A stretch of 64,000 bases of DNA from Takakia lepidozioides. Its lineage: Eukaryota > Plantae > Bryophyta. Both the position numbers and the translations under genes were made by a program. The stretch lies in NCBI GenBank assembly GCA_030704615.1, contig CM060731.1, positions 54,188,001 through 54,252,000 of the forward strand, written 5' to 3'. This document shows positions 1-13,740 of the stretch, piece after piece. Below the pieces are notes generated by a model. It made no database searches and was not told the DNA's origin. It saw only the letters and a list, made by a program, of their open reading frames with translations. How positions within the stretch are numbered: position 1 is the stretch's first letter; every line of letters starts with the position of its first letter.

Positions 1-179
1 CTTTTTCGAGCACACTCCAGAATATAGTCAACGCTAACTTGGTCAAGGTCAATGTCATCAAATGAGACTGCCCCTGGGGGCATCACTACTTTCTTCACAA
101 CACTAGCTGAGAGGAGGAAGTTGAGAAGCTCCCGTCTGTCACACCGAAAGCGCTGCAGTAGTAGCCCATGGCCGCTGAC
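1..179 (-). CDS. Internal exon of a PATROL1 / Munc13-like (DUF810, unc-13 homolog) gene; continues beyond the left edge, upstream exon not located
   Basis: Manual minus-strand translation gives VSGHGLLLQRFRCDRRELLNFLLSASVVKKVVMPPGAVSFDDIDLDQVSVDYILECARK, matching the remembered N-terminus of plant PATROL1 (LQRYRRDRR..L.F.L..SLIKKV.MPPGAV.LDDVDLDQVSVDY); CAG acceptor at 180-182 (-). Not in the ORF track. Confidence 0.85.
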
Positions 180-255
180 CTGTGAGCATATGCCGAAAGA
201 CAGCTCTATCACCCGTTTCGAGCTATGGTTCCAAGAGCCCTTACAGAGCACCAAT

Positions 256-257
<2 letters not shown>

Positions 258-316
<59 letters not shown>
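258..316. repeat. (TC)n microsatellite
   Basis: Perfect dinucleotide run of about 29 units. Confidence 0.95.
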
Positions 317-318
<2 letters not shown>

Positions 319-899
319 CCTCTGAATATGGCTAGCACCACTATTGGACTTAATCCTGTCATGGTGTTGAGAAATTGCTTTTTGAGCTTCTGGTACATTT
401 CTGTTGGTAAGGAGAATGGTACCTCCACGAAGGTTCGTAGTGAACGAAATGGCGAACTAATCCATGATATCTTGTGCTAGGTCTGGTAGCAGCAGCATGG
501 AGAATATTTCTACATCATCCAGTCAATGTACATTGCTCTCTTGGCTGGTCCACTGTAGCCAATGCCTTGTGTAAAAATTAGGAAACCTGAAGAGAGAGGC
601 TTGAGGGTGTTTTTTTTCTCTCTCTCCCTCTCTCTGCCCAATAGGAAGCCTATTGCCATTGGGTGGACTGGACGTCAGAGTAGATAAATGTCTCTGTGAC
701 TAAATGCCAACCTGGTGACCTCGTGCCTTTGTTTGTTTGTTCCTCTCTCATGTTTTCTTCCACTTTGTCCCATAAGCTCTATGAGCTTTCCGCGGACGTT
801 TTAAAGCACCATTTCATTTCATTTGTTTTGACCTGAAGCACTCTACTTCAGGTAAGATAGTACATTGGATTTAGTTGGGGAGAACCCGGCCTCTCCCTC

Positions 900-1896
900 T
901 TTAGAATACGTATCCCCTCCACTTGAAGTAGGCAGTTGCATGCTCTATCTTGCATGCTTAGCACCTGCTCTAGGGATTGCCCTTGTGTTTCAACATCTAG
1001 CCTGCAAAATATGAAATCCTCCGTGAAAAAGCTCTGGATACTGTCCGTACTCCCCAGGGTGATTCTGGGAACTGGTCACTTCTGCCAAAGCTTCATGAGT
1101 AGTTTTTGGGGATGGACGATGTGTCCTTTAAAAGTACTTGCTCAAATCTAGGCTTGAGGATGTCTTCAAAGGCTTTATCTGCTTCAACACAAAGTGTTCT
1201 CTCGGTAGACATGTAGACAACCCACAAAGGGCAGGAGACATGGGAAACTCCAGAGAAGCTACTTAGGGATATCAATGGCTATAAGATGGTTCGGTAAGCT
1301 GTGTGTCCTTAAGATGCTGGCTGAGACTGAAATTGAAGTGTGACGTGAGGGCTAAGGACCTCAGCGCAAATGTGAATGCCATTTGCTTGAAGAACTTGTC
1401 CCACTTCAAATCGTTTCCTTTGCTTAGCTAGCCCACAGAAGTTAAAGGTGGAGAGCCGCAGACCAGCTTCTTGCATACGAATTGTCTGACGTCTAGGTGG
1501 CTTTTCAATGCTCCTAGACATCCTGCAATTCTGCATTGGTGGGCCTGTTTCATTGCGTGTGGGCTTTGATCGTCGTTGTAGACTTTGAGGATTGGCATGG
1601 CATTGAGCATGCCATATCCTTCATTCACTAGTTGATCCATCCTTGCATGCGTAGGCATGTCTGACTCTTCTAGGGCAACCTCTTCCAGCGCTTCAAACAG
1701 ATTGGAAACTTTCAGTTTAAAGTCCCCATCTTTGACTGTCTTCCTCGAGTGCCTCATTGAGTCACCAATGTCTAGGATCACTCTCCAACCAGTCAAGAGT
1801 CGAACTTCTCTGAGATTAATTTGAAGTGAATCCCTACTTGCAGCATTCTTAGACATTGTCACCTTCAATGCACCTCTGATACCAAGTTTCCAGACG
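900..1896 (-). mobile_element. Degenerate LINE fragment (end of ORF1 and start of APE endonuclease), minus strand; boundaries approximate
   Basis: ORF 1309..1536 contains RLSTFNFCGLAKQRKRFEVGQVLQANGIHICAE, resembling the APE N-terminal motif (T.N..GL....K......L....I.I....E); ORF 1428..2045 precedes it. Confidence 0.5.
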
Positions 1897-3140
1897 ATGT
1901 CATCAGCCACAGGACTCTCAGCAAAGTTCCTCACCAAAGGCCATGTGGTCTTGTTAGGTGACTTCAATGCCCAGGTGGGCAAGGGTCTACAACAGGACCA
2001 TGTTGTAGGGCTTTTGGGTGAGGATGAGCAGTTTTCCAATCGCAAGACTTATCAATTTGCTAGTAGAACTTCAGCTTCTGACCTTGAACAATAGGTCCAT
2101 AGAAGACCCACAGTGGACTCGTAAAAAAGCCCAAACTGGGGAACGGTCCATTGTGGATTATCTCGAAGTGGATAAGTTGTTAACTGGGGAACGGTCCATT
2201 GTGGATTATCTCGAAGTGGATAAGTTGTTCCCCCAGTGTGCCAAAGTGGTGGTTGATAGAACCATATTGGTACTTCTGACTACTTTCTTGTCTGAACTGA
2301 TATCAAAAGGTGTATTCTTAACACCAAGAGATATGTGAAACATTCAATTCGAAAGTGGCGCATGAAAAAATCCAGAAGGAAGATGTCCAGACAGAATATG
2401 TCCAGGCCTTAAATGAGGCTTCCCTCACTTTATCCAATCACTCCAAGACCTCACTTCCTGCTTAGGTGATGCAAGAAGCAAAGTCGAACGAGCTGTGGAT
2501 TCTGAGTTTCGCCATCTTTGCGGCTGATAAGATCATTGGGAGGAAACTAATTGTCTGTCGTGGAGCAGTAAATTGGTGGACCAATGAGATCAAGCTCAAG
2601 ATTCCTGTTGGCGGAGAGAATTTCAAGTATCTGAATTTTAGTCCAGAAGAACTGACCCTACTGGATGAACCTGACCTGGAGGGGTTGTGTCCAAAGCCAA
2701 GTCTGATGCCCAAAGAATGTCAGATAAAATGAAGTTAGGCATATAACTTCCCTGAACTTGTTTCCAGTCTGTGAGATGGGCAAGGACTTTAAGGATGATC
2801 TGAAGGGCTTACCTACCCTTCAGCACTAGACTGAAATTTAAACTCGGGGCAGGGAGCAAGACACTGGATACATTGTCTGGGGTATTTTCACCAGAGAGTG
2901 ACCTACTTCATGAACATCAAGAACATGGTTCCTGCACCTCTGTTCACCACTTGTGTGAAGGGCATTCTAGAGGATATCTGGAAAGCCCGAACTAATTGTT
3001 TATATCAAGAGAAGTCACACTACTGGAATGAGCCCCTGACAAAGGACATATTCCCTATGTTTCCGTCCAAACTGGGCACAGGGTCTACGGCCACAAGGCT
3101 ACAGCAAACAAAGTCTTAAAGGTACATTCTCTCTCTCAGA
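1897..3140 (+). mobile_element. Degenerate LINE fragment (APE endonuclease C-terminal half to 3' end with TC-rich tail)
   Basis: VVLLGDFNAQVG and SIVDY endonuclease motifs (ORFs 1897..2094, 2018..2338); the 3' part (about 2900-3140) recurs at 23570-23750 and 26870-27060. Confidence 0.7.
2134..2229 (+). repeat. 48-bp perfect tandem duplication inside the LINE endonuclease
   Basis: aactggggaacggtccattgtggattatctcgaagtggataagttgtt at 2134-2181 and 2182-2229. Confidence 0.95.
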
Positions 3141-6100
3141 CAGGCCGCAGGGCCTACACAGCCTGACTGCTCCAGCAAAGAAAGGCTCAGGATCTCTCTG
3201 TCTCCAGTTGCCATCAGTATTGGCATCTTGCATATTGGACACAGCACACGCTAAAGGGCTTTAAAAGTAGAACTCATCCCAATAACCATTTCACTTCCCG
3301 TTAGGTCCAACACCGAGAACTATTCTACTGCTGCACACGCAATGTACTCGTATTGAAGAATCATAGCTCGTAAAACTGGCAGTGAATTCCATGATCATCT
3401 GCAAGAAGTAACTTGGGCTGCTTTGCATCGATGCAAGTCTAAAACCCTCCAAGGGTTTTAATTTCAGGTAACAAACTCATTCTGAGCATGTGAAAGCACA
3501 TTGATAAGGCACTACACATGAATCAACCGGACGAAAGCCGGAGAAATTGGTGGAATACACATGTACAGGGTAGGGCATGCCTCTGAGACGACTCCAGAGG
3601 GGCAAGATGTGTAGTGATTGTTAACACCTTGTTCCTACCTGCCATCTACATATCAACTCAGGCTGCACCTTGCTGCAGTTTGCTGAGGTTTTAAATTGCA
3701 TAGCCATTGCCATAACCTCATTTTGAATTTTAGGACAATATGTTCCAATGACATGTTCCTTTACCGGTCGCAGAACGATTGACCTCACCAATGGCAACAG
3801 TCTCAACAAACCTTGCTGTAGCCTACGCAAATATAAGATCAAGTCTACGTCTCTATCTCGTGCTGTCTGATCCATTTGCAGTTTGAGCATTATTGTCAAG
3901 TTGCAGACACCATATAAGCATTCCTGTCAAATCTCCATCTGACACAATGTTGGGAAGTATCTCACTGAGTAGATTGCGAAAAAATCGGGTTGGTCATATC
4001 CCCGTTCGATTCATTCTCCCGTATCTAGAGGCTATCTCCAGTGATTCATTGCATGAATACAGCCAGGCCTTCAACCACAAAACCTTTCTTTTAAGCTCTA
4101 CCATCTTGAAAATTGCAGTGACTCACATGTGACACAAAATAGATTCTTTCAGGAATGCGAAGACAATGATGAGGACGAATGTACAAGACAAACTCCACAA
4201 TTGGGTATCAACCAAAACTGTTTCAGAGTAATATCCTAGACAAAATGGAATATTCAGACAGTTCTGAAAGCATGAGAGTGAGGGCCATGGATATAAAAAT
4301 CTTGTAGATTCATTGCAGCTCTAGATTCAATAATACTGACAGCTATTTTTTTCTTTTGAAAGCCGAGCACATGGCGAGTAAACCACGCAATGCTACACAT
4401 TTTCTTGGTAGCTGACTAGATGAACCAGTAAACCACACATGCTCTCAGTCCAATCATCAGTCCCAACAGCCAGGCTACCAATGGCAAGCCTGCAGGGAGT
4501 GCAGATTTCCATCCAGGCACCCCTGTGGACATGCTCAACAATACTTCGCTGTAATGACGCTCTTCACAGCAATGACCCCAAGCAAGTTACTATGGATCAT
4601 GCAAGGAAAAACAAAGACCAATAGAGAGACTTATAGAGGGATAAAGAGCAGCTCAAAGAAACAGGAGTCAAGACAACGTATCAGAGAAGAAGATACATAC
4701 CCATCCATGGTGCCAAGTATGCTTGCAGTTGCCTTACAACAAGTCTCATTAATCATCCATTAGCTTCACTTTGTTTTCAGCTCACTGAGGGCAATGTCAG
4801 CACCAGAAAGAGTTGACATTAATGAGGAGAGGTATCAGTCAACAAGAAGGCCTACCACTATAGTAAACAGTGTAACACACAGAGACACCATATTCTACAG
4901 TGGTTGCCTGGAGATCTCATGCAACAGTGATGTGCAAAGGAGAGAAGAGGAAGAAATTCTTAGGCTCACATGAGAGAGATAAGGGGGTTGGGGGGTGAGG
5001 TGCATTGTGGAGGGAAGGCAATCGCAGGCAACATGTTCATTGAAAAATGGTCACCAAATGGCCTGCATTGCACATTGGAGTCCCCAAACAGTCTCACAGT
5101 TCCACACGCACATTTGTAGACCCAGAACATGCTGCAATGGATTAGCTCCAAGCAGAAGCAATCTCAATGGTACTCAGGCATACGAGTAAGATTAAGGTGG
5201 AGGAGCTCCGTTCAAGCAGCTGATTCAGGTATGTCAAGTCCATGATATGTATGTGTTCGCATGAGGGGAGAGAGAGCGCCTGCTATCATGGGGTGATCTT
5301 GAAAAAAGCAGCCAAATCTAGGACTGCAACCCCGGTAGACTACGACCGTCAAGGCCTACTGGATGCGTGAATTGTGCTTACATGTCTCTGTAAAACCACA
5401 AGAAAACATTGTGTGGCTGAACCAATTGCTTCGAATTGATGGACATTAGTTTCTAGCGGAATCAGAGAAACGGGAACGAGAAAGGGATGGAAGAGGACGC
5501 TTGCAGCACTGAGAACCAAAAGTGGTAAGAACAATCAGACACAGTAACTGAGCCTGCAAAGATTTAGAGAGGGACACAGACAGAGGATCCGTAAGAGATT
5601 ACGAGACTAGAAAAGTAGCAGTGAGAAGAGAGAGAAAGAGGATACCCACGAAAACTCATAATCCTCCGAGCCTGAAAGAGAGAGCACAGGCCTCCGCAGT
5701 AAACGCTCCGGCGTGCAAGACTTGGTCGCTCTCTACCAAAGGTCTCAGCCAATCGGGAAGAAGAATGACAAGTCAGCATACAAAGCTGGGATCTGGCAAG
5801 ACTTCGGGATTGGAAGAGCAGGGACCTGACACAGCCTTGTCACGTTCGAGTTGCAATCCCAGCACCAAGATGGAACAGCAGCCCTGCAGGACAGCTGGAG
5901 CCAAAGCCAGCCCGTATTGTATCTACTTACTTTTGCACTGCCCTGCCATCCCTCTTTTTTCTGTCTGTGTCAGCCCAGCCCCACCATCATCAACCAATGG
6001 AACTATCGATTCCCCACATCCGACCTGTCCTTGTACAGTGTGGTCTAATGTGTATGATACCCAACTACTCCAGTGAAGATCGATGAGAATTCCACCTAGA

Positions 6101-6682
6101 CTTCTACCGAATTGACTGTCGGGGGTTCGAAACTGTTTTCAGACTACATAGCCCAAATAGAGAGAGCAACAAATGGGTATGGGAATCCTGCATAGCGTCT
6201 TGTTGAAAGAAGTGTTTGGGATGCCTTTTGCTTACTCGACCAGTTCCTTGTGTTTGCTCCCTCGATAAGTTGGATGGCAGCTACAGCCCGAGAATCAATT
6301 GGATGATTTTGAGGCAATGGCCCACTGGCGTCTTCTTTTGAATACGCATAATACTTGTTGTGAGTGGAAGAAGAATTATGGTGGTGGGATTTACTCGTTT
6401 GTTATGCCATGGGATATCTATCACGGACTTGCAACTGGATCGCTTCACTTTAGGCGAGAGAGAGAGAGAGAGAGAGAGCTACAATCTCGAGTACCTGCAT
6501 TGACGGGATGAAATCGAGCTGAGTGACAGGCAGGTTACGTAGTTAAAAACGGGGCAGCTGAATCGGATGGAAGCAGCGTTGCCCATACTGGAGGAATGCA
6601 GCATTATGTCACAGGCAGGTTGAGGGGTATATTGCAGGAGCAAAGAAATACTCGTCAATATCAAGCAAAACTTCCAGTCTAA

Positions 6683-9600
6683 ATGTGGGAGATGCCAACC
6701 ATCAGCGAGCTCCGGCCTGGTTCTGACAGTATTAGGCTGTTCGGTCGAGAGGAGATAACCCAGCCGTGGCTACCCTGTTTGCGGGTCAAGACAAGCAGGG
6801 GCTATGAGCTGGGAGTTTCCATCGGCCGTCACTTTTCTGTCATCATCCACAGCAGATCAGCGCGAGACCCTCATTTGCATTCAGAGATGCTCCCATTCGC
6901 TGCTTCTGAGGAGGGACAGCAACTCATATCAGCTCTCTCTACCACCAACAGGTGTAGAGTACTATCCTTTTCATTTGTGGCAAACATCTCTGGTCGTGGC
7001 TCTGTTCTCCATGTCATTGTCTCACTTAGAATGTCCTCCTGTCACGAGTGATGACAATACTGTTTGCAAACGAATCCTACAGGGAATTACATTCTTCTGG
7101 TGTGACAGATTTCTAGCAAAACGCTCCCTTGGCGGTTTTCTCCATGGACAAAAAGATTTTCAGCCCTCTCAAATACATTGTCAACTCCAAGAGTGGCAGA
7201 TTTCTAGTCACTTTTCATGTGACATACGCATACGCCCTTGTTACATACTGATTTGTATTGAGAACTCAAGCTACTTGCACTGTTATTGCACACACTTGAT
7301 GAATTTCGCCCTGATGTAAGGCTTGCCTTTACCTTAGCATCAAATCACAACATGTATCCATGCATTCATTGTACTCTGCAGGGAGAAATATCCTGAGTAC
7401 TGGAATGAAATGTTGGGTACTGCTGATGGTAGTGGAGTGCCCTTTCTTCAGGTGTGTTCCATTCTTGTCTGCTCATCTTACCTCTCTCCATCTCCCATGT
7501 GTCTTCTCTCTCACCTTCCTTTCACCCTTTTTCCCACTGATCTGGTTGGATGTGTGTTTGACATCGCTCCACGATGTGATGATTCAAAGGTCTTTAGGGA
7601 TTCCTTTTGATCACAAATCAGACGGTAAAGTTTAACACCGTCTCAATATCTAGTTCTGTATCTCAATCAGGTGTTAATAAACGAAATCATGTGTGTGTTA
7701 TCCAGCTTGGCTTGTTTGGAGAACCATGACTCATTCTCAAAGCACTCTACCTCAGTGATTTAAAATTTAACTATTCATTCAGTTTTCCACTGGGTCCAAG
7801 AGTCATTGAATGAATGAAGAATATAGGAGGAAACTGAATCAAGGATTAAAATATAGAGGGATTGCTTCACTGGAATCTAAAAACGAGAACTACGTAACTT
7901 TTTGTCAGACAAGGGCAGGGCTTTGTCAATGCAGGTCTTGTTGTTGAATATGAAGAAAGAAATTGCCCCCTTCTTACCGAGCAAAGTTGTCAGTAGAATC
8001 ATGGGGGAGGCTGACCAATGCAGCGATGTCTTGGTGTGCAATGACAACTTGGGATGCATTGCCCACAATGAGGACGCGGACGTGTCGCTTCTACATCATG
8101 TGTAATCTCTCTCTTTTTCTCAAGCAACTCCAATGATTCAACAACCAAGTTTTAATCTTGGTATAGAATGATGATACAGTTGAGATAGGGGCCCAGTTCA
8201 GTGAAGAACAGGGCAAATGTCGGTCAAGAGGGAACAAGCTGAATCGTGGCATATACTTACTCAGTGCCACCTCCCAGCCTTTTATGAACAGGTGGGGCGT
8301 CCTAGAGGGCCTTCCCACCACGAACACGAGGACGGAGTATGAATTAAGTTTAGTTTGAATTCATGTTAACACAGCTGGCAGAAAAGGCACCCACAGTTTC
8401 CGATCTGTAGGTGGGCACTATGGTAGCAAAAATGTCTTGATGCATTGCAGTGGGGAAAGCACTGCACCTCTTTCCATGCAGTTTGGAGAAGCTTGAGGCA
8501 CAGGGTAAAGCTGCAGGCCTCCTTGGGTCTTGGCAAAATCAAAATGATTCTGTGGTAACGAGCTTGCTTGAGAACTTGTGAAGGTTATGAACAATTTTAC
8601 CTTTATATTTGAGACCCCATTACTGGAGTGAGTCTTACGCAGTAGCACAGGGTCCAGTCTGCTTTCCTCCCACCTCCCTTTCTTCTCCATCCAAACCAGG
8701 AGGTGCTGTCTATGCTTACAGACAAGAAAAGTTTAAATACATAAACTACCCCTCTCTGTGTCAGGGGTTAGCGTAAGCACATTATGTATTTGAATGGAAG
8801 AGCCAGTCATTGTTGCTTCTGTCACTGGTTTCGATAGAAAGTTTGCAACAACCGAGTGCATTGACAAAAAAAATCTGAAGCTTATAGAAAGCAAGATTGG
8901 AGACTGCAGCATTATTTGAACCATTCTGTGAGACATTGAAGTGGTTCAAGCATGCATGGAAGAATTTCCATTGTGCACGCACACGTATGCATGCGTGCAC
9001 ATTGCAGGTTTTACAAAAGGAGTGATAAAGCCATGAGTCAAGATCCTTCTGTGTGGTGGTGGTGTAGGGTTAGGCTAATCACATGCCTATTTAGAGATTG
9101 CGCATGCCATTTACTAACTGCCAACCTGTGTGTCTGTTGGTAGTATGCTTTAACTCCACATTCTGTGCAGGTCGCCAAGTAGTTTATGTGAGTAAAATTT
9201 TGCCGTTTACCATGTTTGTCCAGCTTAACATCTGCATGCCTTTACTGAGCTTGATGGGGCATCTGTTAATCAAAACATGCTATGTGTCAGGTACCTAGTG
9301 CATGCAGAGCTAGAAGGTGGGCTGTCATTCATTGCATACACATATGCTGGAGAGCTGCCAAGCTGTGCTTTTGGATTCAACAGTTATGGTGTGGTGAGCA
9401 TCTGGCGGTTTGCATTGTGTGAGGATTCTTTGGCAAGGCTGCCATAGAGTATCCAGGCTCATGACCTGAGCAGCCAGCAGGTTTACTTGACATTCAGCTG
9501 CTCTGAAATACCCAGTGACCCTGAGCTATGTCAAAATGATTTCTTACATTATAACCAAGATATATTTCATGTTTATATTCATGGTGATTTGAAACACATT

Positions 9601-11883
9601 TGATAACCAAGATTTCTAACTGCCTCTGTTTAGGCATTTACTTTGAATGCAGTGCCTTTGGCACCAGAAGAAGCAACGGCAGGAGGAATAGCTCGTAACT
9701 TTGTTTCAAGAGATTTGCTGGAAGCCTCCAACATGGACGATGCTTTGAAGGTAGGCTCTAGTTCACTTCCTCCATGTTTGATATGTGTGTGTTTTCTTAT
9801 TGACGGATCTGGCTGTTATTGGTCCTTTCCCCAAGGTTAGACTGCAGGCAGCATACTCCTCTGACAGAATTTCTGAGCATTTGCGCTTGTCTTCAAGGCA
9901 TTTTTGGGTTGTTTTGTGTAGCACTTCCAAGGACCAAATTTCTAAAATCTAGAACATTCATCTGCAAGGCTATCTAAACAAGATTCATTGTAGTGTACTT
10001 GACTTCAAACTGAAAGGTTTAACCGCAAGCGCATTTCACAGGTTGGAAGGCATGAAGAGATGAAGGATTAGAAAAGGAGAGAGGGGAAGCATCCACTGCA
10101 TGTTCACTTGAGACATCTGATATGGTCCTGCTGGATTCCATTGTGACCTTTGGATGCCCATTATTGACATCTGGAAAATCTGGAAATCCAAAAATTGTGG
10201 TAAGACCCATGTGATCTGTCTCTTTCAGGGTGTCCACACCAAGGGTGACTATGAGAAGCACAAACCAACACATTTTAATCACTGTTTTCTCCCTCTCCCA
10301 TTCTCACCTCCTCTATGCTTGGCTCCTGGTGTCTTTCTGTGGTAGCGAGCTCAAGTGGACAATTTAAGTGTGGGACACAACTACAACATAATGGACATCA
10401 ATTTAAGCAAAATCGTGAACTTGGAGACAGCATCGAAAGGGCGATTCTCAATCAGAGAGATTGGCACTGAGCCTTTTTTCCATGCCAACATGTATCTGCA
10501 CCTGCAAGTTAGCCAGGTATTTTCCCCTTCTCAAACTACGAGTATTTTGCAACATTTCACGGTTTCAACTAAACTGAAAACCCTGTAGTCACTAGAGAGG
10601 TTCTCTGTTGAGTTATACGAGGGGTTGAATTCTAATGTTTGGACTGAATGTTGTTAGTGGGTCGATGCTGTGGTAGATGGAGGCTGCTCTGAAATCTGCA
10701 TTTTCTGAACCTTCTTTGCACAAAGATAAAGAATCTCATGGCAGTATAGCTCTCTCTCCTTCTCTATGCCCTCTTTCTCAACAGGGTGACTGGCGGTGCA
10801 GCCTCAGCTGTGTCACACCTGTTGCAAGCACGAGGGCCAGAGGATCTTTGGTGGAATCAACCTCTTGCTTGCTAGTATGATGTGAAGCCAGCCCATGATA
10901 GTTCTGGTCAGAATAAAAGGAGAGTAAGTTCCAGGCTACTTAAAAGTTCTATGTTTCTTTCTTTCTTCGCACATAATTTTTTCCGGTTTTGTTCTGGGCC
11001 TGTTCTCAAGAACTCTAGTTGTGTGCAAACTCTGGCACGGTATGGTCAAATAGAATTTCAAATGCAAGCTTGAAATCTGTGGTGTGTGACTTTTTGAATT
11101 CATCTGGAGTATCTTTCGAATTGATCTTTGGATGTAAGTAGACCCAGGTTGTGGGAATGGTACTTTCAAATGTAGGCTTGGATGGCCTATACCTCAAAAT
11201 CAGATCCTACATCTGTAAACCATGTCATAATGATTTTTCCTGTGTTCCTGAAATTTCTCAAAGGAGAATAAAGAATGAGATGTGTTCATGTCTAGGATAT
11301 GGGCTTCTCTGAGATTGGATCCAAAGGGAAACTTGGCATTTAATTGGCAAGGAGTGGACATAAGGTCCTGAATGAAAGATGGGACCAGCAAGTAGGTTGA
11401 ATGATGCGATAGATAATTTGAAGTGACTGCCAAAAGAGTCCACTGCTCCTTGGAAACTATTCTAAATACTTCTGGTCATTGTGACGCTGTGTACGTCCAG
11501 GTTTCGAATGAGAGCTCCCTTCACAGGCAAAACCGAGCCGCACAGCTTTCAAAGCTCTCCAAGGAGGAGGTCCTATCACTTTTGGGTGATGTTGGTGATG
11601 ATCAATTTCCAATCTACATGCAAGGTATGACATGAATAGTGCTCTAAAGACAAGGAATTGTGAGATGGTGCATACATGGGTGCAGTTCCTGGTTAGATAC
11701 CCCTTTTGAATGCCTATCCTGTTGCACTAAATCCTGTTGCACCTATCATGTTTCTGGTTGACAGGGCCAAAGTTGACTACCTTGGCTACAGTGGTCTTCA
11801 ACATGTATGATAAAACCTGGACGATTTACCAGGACAACCCTGGAGAGCGGAAGATTTATTTTCAGTTTCCTTTGCTTCTGTAG
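6683..11883 (+). CDS. Peptidase C45 / acyl-CoA:6-aminopenicillanic acid acyltransferase (AAT)-family Ntn-hydrolase, 8 exons: 6683-6951, 7382-7451, 7935-8101, 9291-9393, 9634-9750, 10346-10516, 11501-11624, 11765-11883
   Basis: All introns are GT-AG and in phase. The spliced product has YWNEMLGTADGSG, DQCSD (nucleophile Cys), IAHNED, YAGELPSCAFGFN, RNFVSRDLLEA, GHNYN, FHANMYLHL and TLAT, ending in TAG at 11881-11883. The start codon is the best guess. Confidence 0.88.
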
Positions 11884-13359
11884 CTTGTATGTTATATTAG
11901 TTGGACGTCACTGATTGCACTTTACTTCTAGACTAATGTTTGGCGTGGCACAACTAGTACACCACTAGTTTTGAACCCTTGTCATGGGTCAAGCCAAATC
12001 TCCATGCCAAGAGACAACACTGTTTGGCAGTGAAACAGTAGACCTGTGTTTAGGCAGGCTGGTATTTGAGAGTTCGAATTTCAGAATAGAATAGACTTTT
12101 GCAGGCGAATCTTCATGACCAATGAGGTTGCTTTACAGGGGAGTGTTTCAGACAGATAGGATGTTGTAAATCTCTCACCCTCACTTCCAAATGTGGAATT
12201 CAAGATAATAGTGGAGGTTCTACCATGCAACTGTCCACGACCTCAGCAAAAAAATTGTCATCCCCAGATCTACTCGCAACTCTCAACTTGAGCTTGTTAC
12301 TATCCGTCCCTTGCCACTATATTTATCCCTCAAGAACTTTCGGTATTTGGTATGTTGCACAAGAGCTCGCACCAAATCCCATGTTGTCACAACATTCAAG
12401 TCATTCTTATTTTTTTCTAGATACAGGTATGAGTATAAGAATCATGACCTCAACACCAGCTGGTAGGAGATATCAATTCTGGTATCATTCCAAAGGCATC
12501 TTGAATTACAAGTTTATCACATTGCAAGTATCAAGTGAAAACAGATACAATACAAATAAAGAAATAAATATACATAAGTACAAGTATGTGGGCATATATA
12601 CACATAAAATAGTCTAGTACACATACCAGAGTAAATGAAGAACACTGCGGGGAAGTACTGATATTGTGGCTGATACCATTCTGGTCTGGTATATGATCAC
12701 GTATTCTCCCAAATGATACCAGACTGGTCCGGTATCTGATACCAGTGCATATACCAATATTTTATGCCAGTCCTTCACCTATATGCGAGACCAACAATGG
12801 TAAATACGATCTTTCCCATGCTCATCAATCCCTCAAGTCATTTATTGGCTCCTCCCTATAAGGGAGAGACCTCGCATTGGAGAGGATTGTGTGCTTCATG
12901 TAGGTACCATCTAGTGGAGGTATATCAGGATCTTACTAAATCTTACTAACTTGAATGTACCTTGATTGGATAAGACCAGTGTTGGGCGGGTATTACTTTT
13001 TCTAATACCAGCCGGGTCCAGGTATTGAAAAGAAATTAATTTGCAATACCGTAGTGGGAAGGCTGATCCAGCACTAAATAATTAGAAATGAATCTGCCTA
13101 ATAATTAAGTAAAAATTTAGGAAAAACTGCCGAAATTCCAGAAACTTTACAAAAAAAATGCCTAAAATCTCAAACAAACTCCAAATATCAAATCTCCGAA
13201 TGCATGTTTCAAGGCATAAAGCTCTAGGAAAATATTTTCCTTAGCTCTGAGAAATCCTAGAATAATTGGCTGAGCAATCACTGCATTTGATGATTGACCA
13301 GGTGTTCTCATGGCTCTTAACAACCCACATAATTTTATTTTTTATTTTTTGAAAAAAGG

Positions 13360-13560
13360 AAAACACCTGGGAGCACCAGCTCACAAATTTGGCCCCTTAG
13401 TAGTGAGAGGAGAAAATAACCTCTTTCATTTATGTGCCATGGAGGCGAAGGAGTGGGACACCGCCCGAGAACCATACTACACCCGTTAGTAGCAAGATTT
13501 GACCCCAGAATCATCTGGGTGGCACTAGGTGCACTTAACCATCTAAGCTACTGACTGTTG
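13360..13560 (-). mobile_element. tRNA-derived SINE (family 1)
   Basis: Minus strand A-box-like tagcttagatggttaa and B-box-like ggggtcaaatctt; body matches the copy at 52620-52796; 3' tail shared with the SINE at 43133. Confidence 0.7.
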
Positions 13561-13585
13561 GTACATAATTCTCTTACCACATATG

Positions 13586-13740
13586 GTAGGGCTTTGCGTT
13601 GCTCCGCACTACTAGCGACGACTTCTCACAACAACATCCGGATAGATGGGCTATATTCAAGTTTTATGAGAGAGACTACGCATCAAGTTGAAGTCAAGGG
13701 AGAAAATGTGGTCAAAGACCTTACACCGTGTCCTCCAATT
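13586..13740 (-). mobile_element. Helitron-like 3' terminal fragment
   Basis: gtcgctagtagtgcggagcaacgcaaagccctac on the minus strand (small hairpin plus a CTAG-like end); about 100 bp similar to 16709-16820. Confidence 0.55.

Noticed and set aside
52-480. ORF 52..480 and the many other short ORFs antisense to PPR, TE or exon sequence
   Set aside because: Shadow frames or microsatellite read-through with no independent coding evidence
6200-6682. Bidirectional promoter shared by the PATROL1-like and C45 genes
   Set aside because: Plausible from orientation and a (GA)n tract, but the first PATROL1-like exon could not be located
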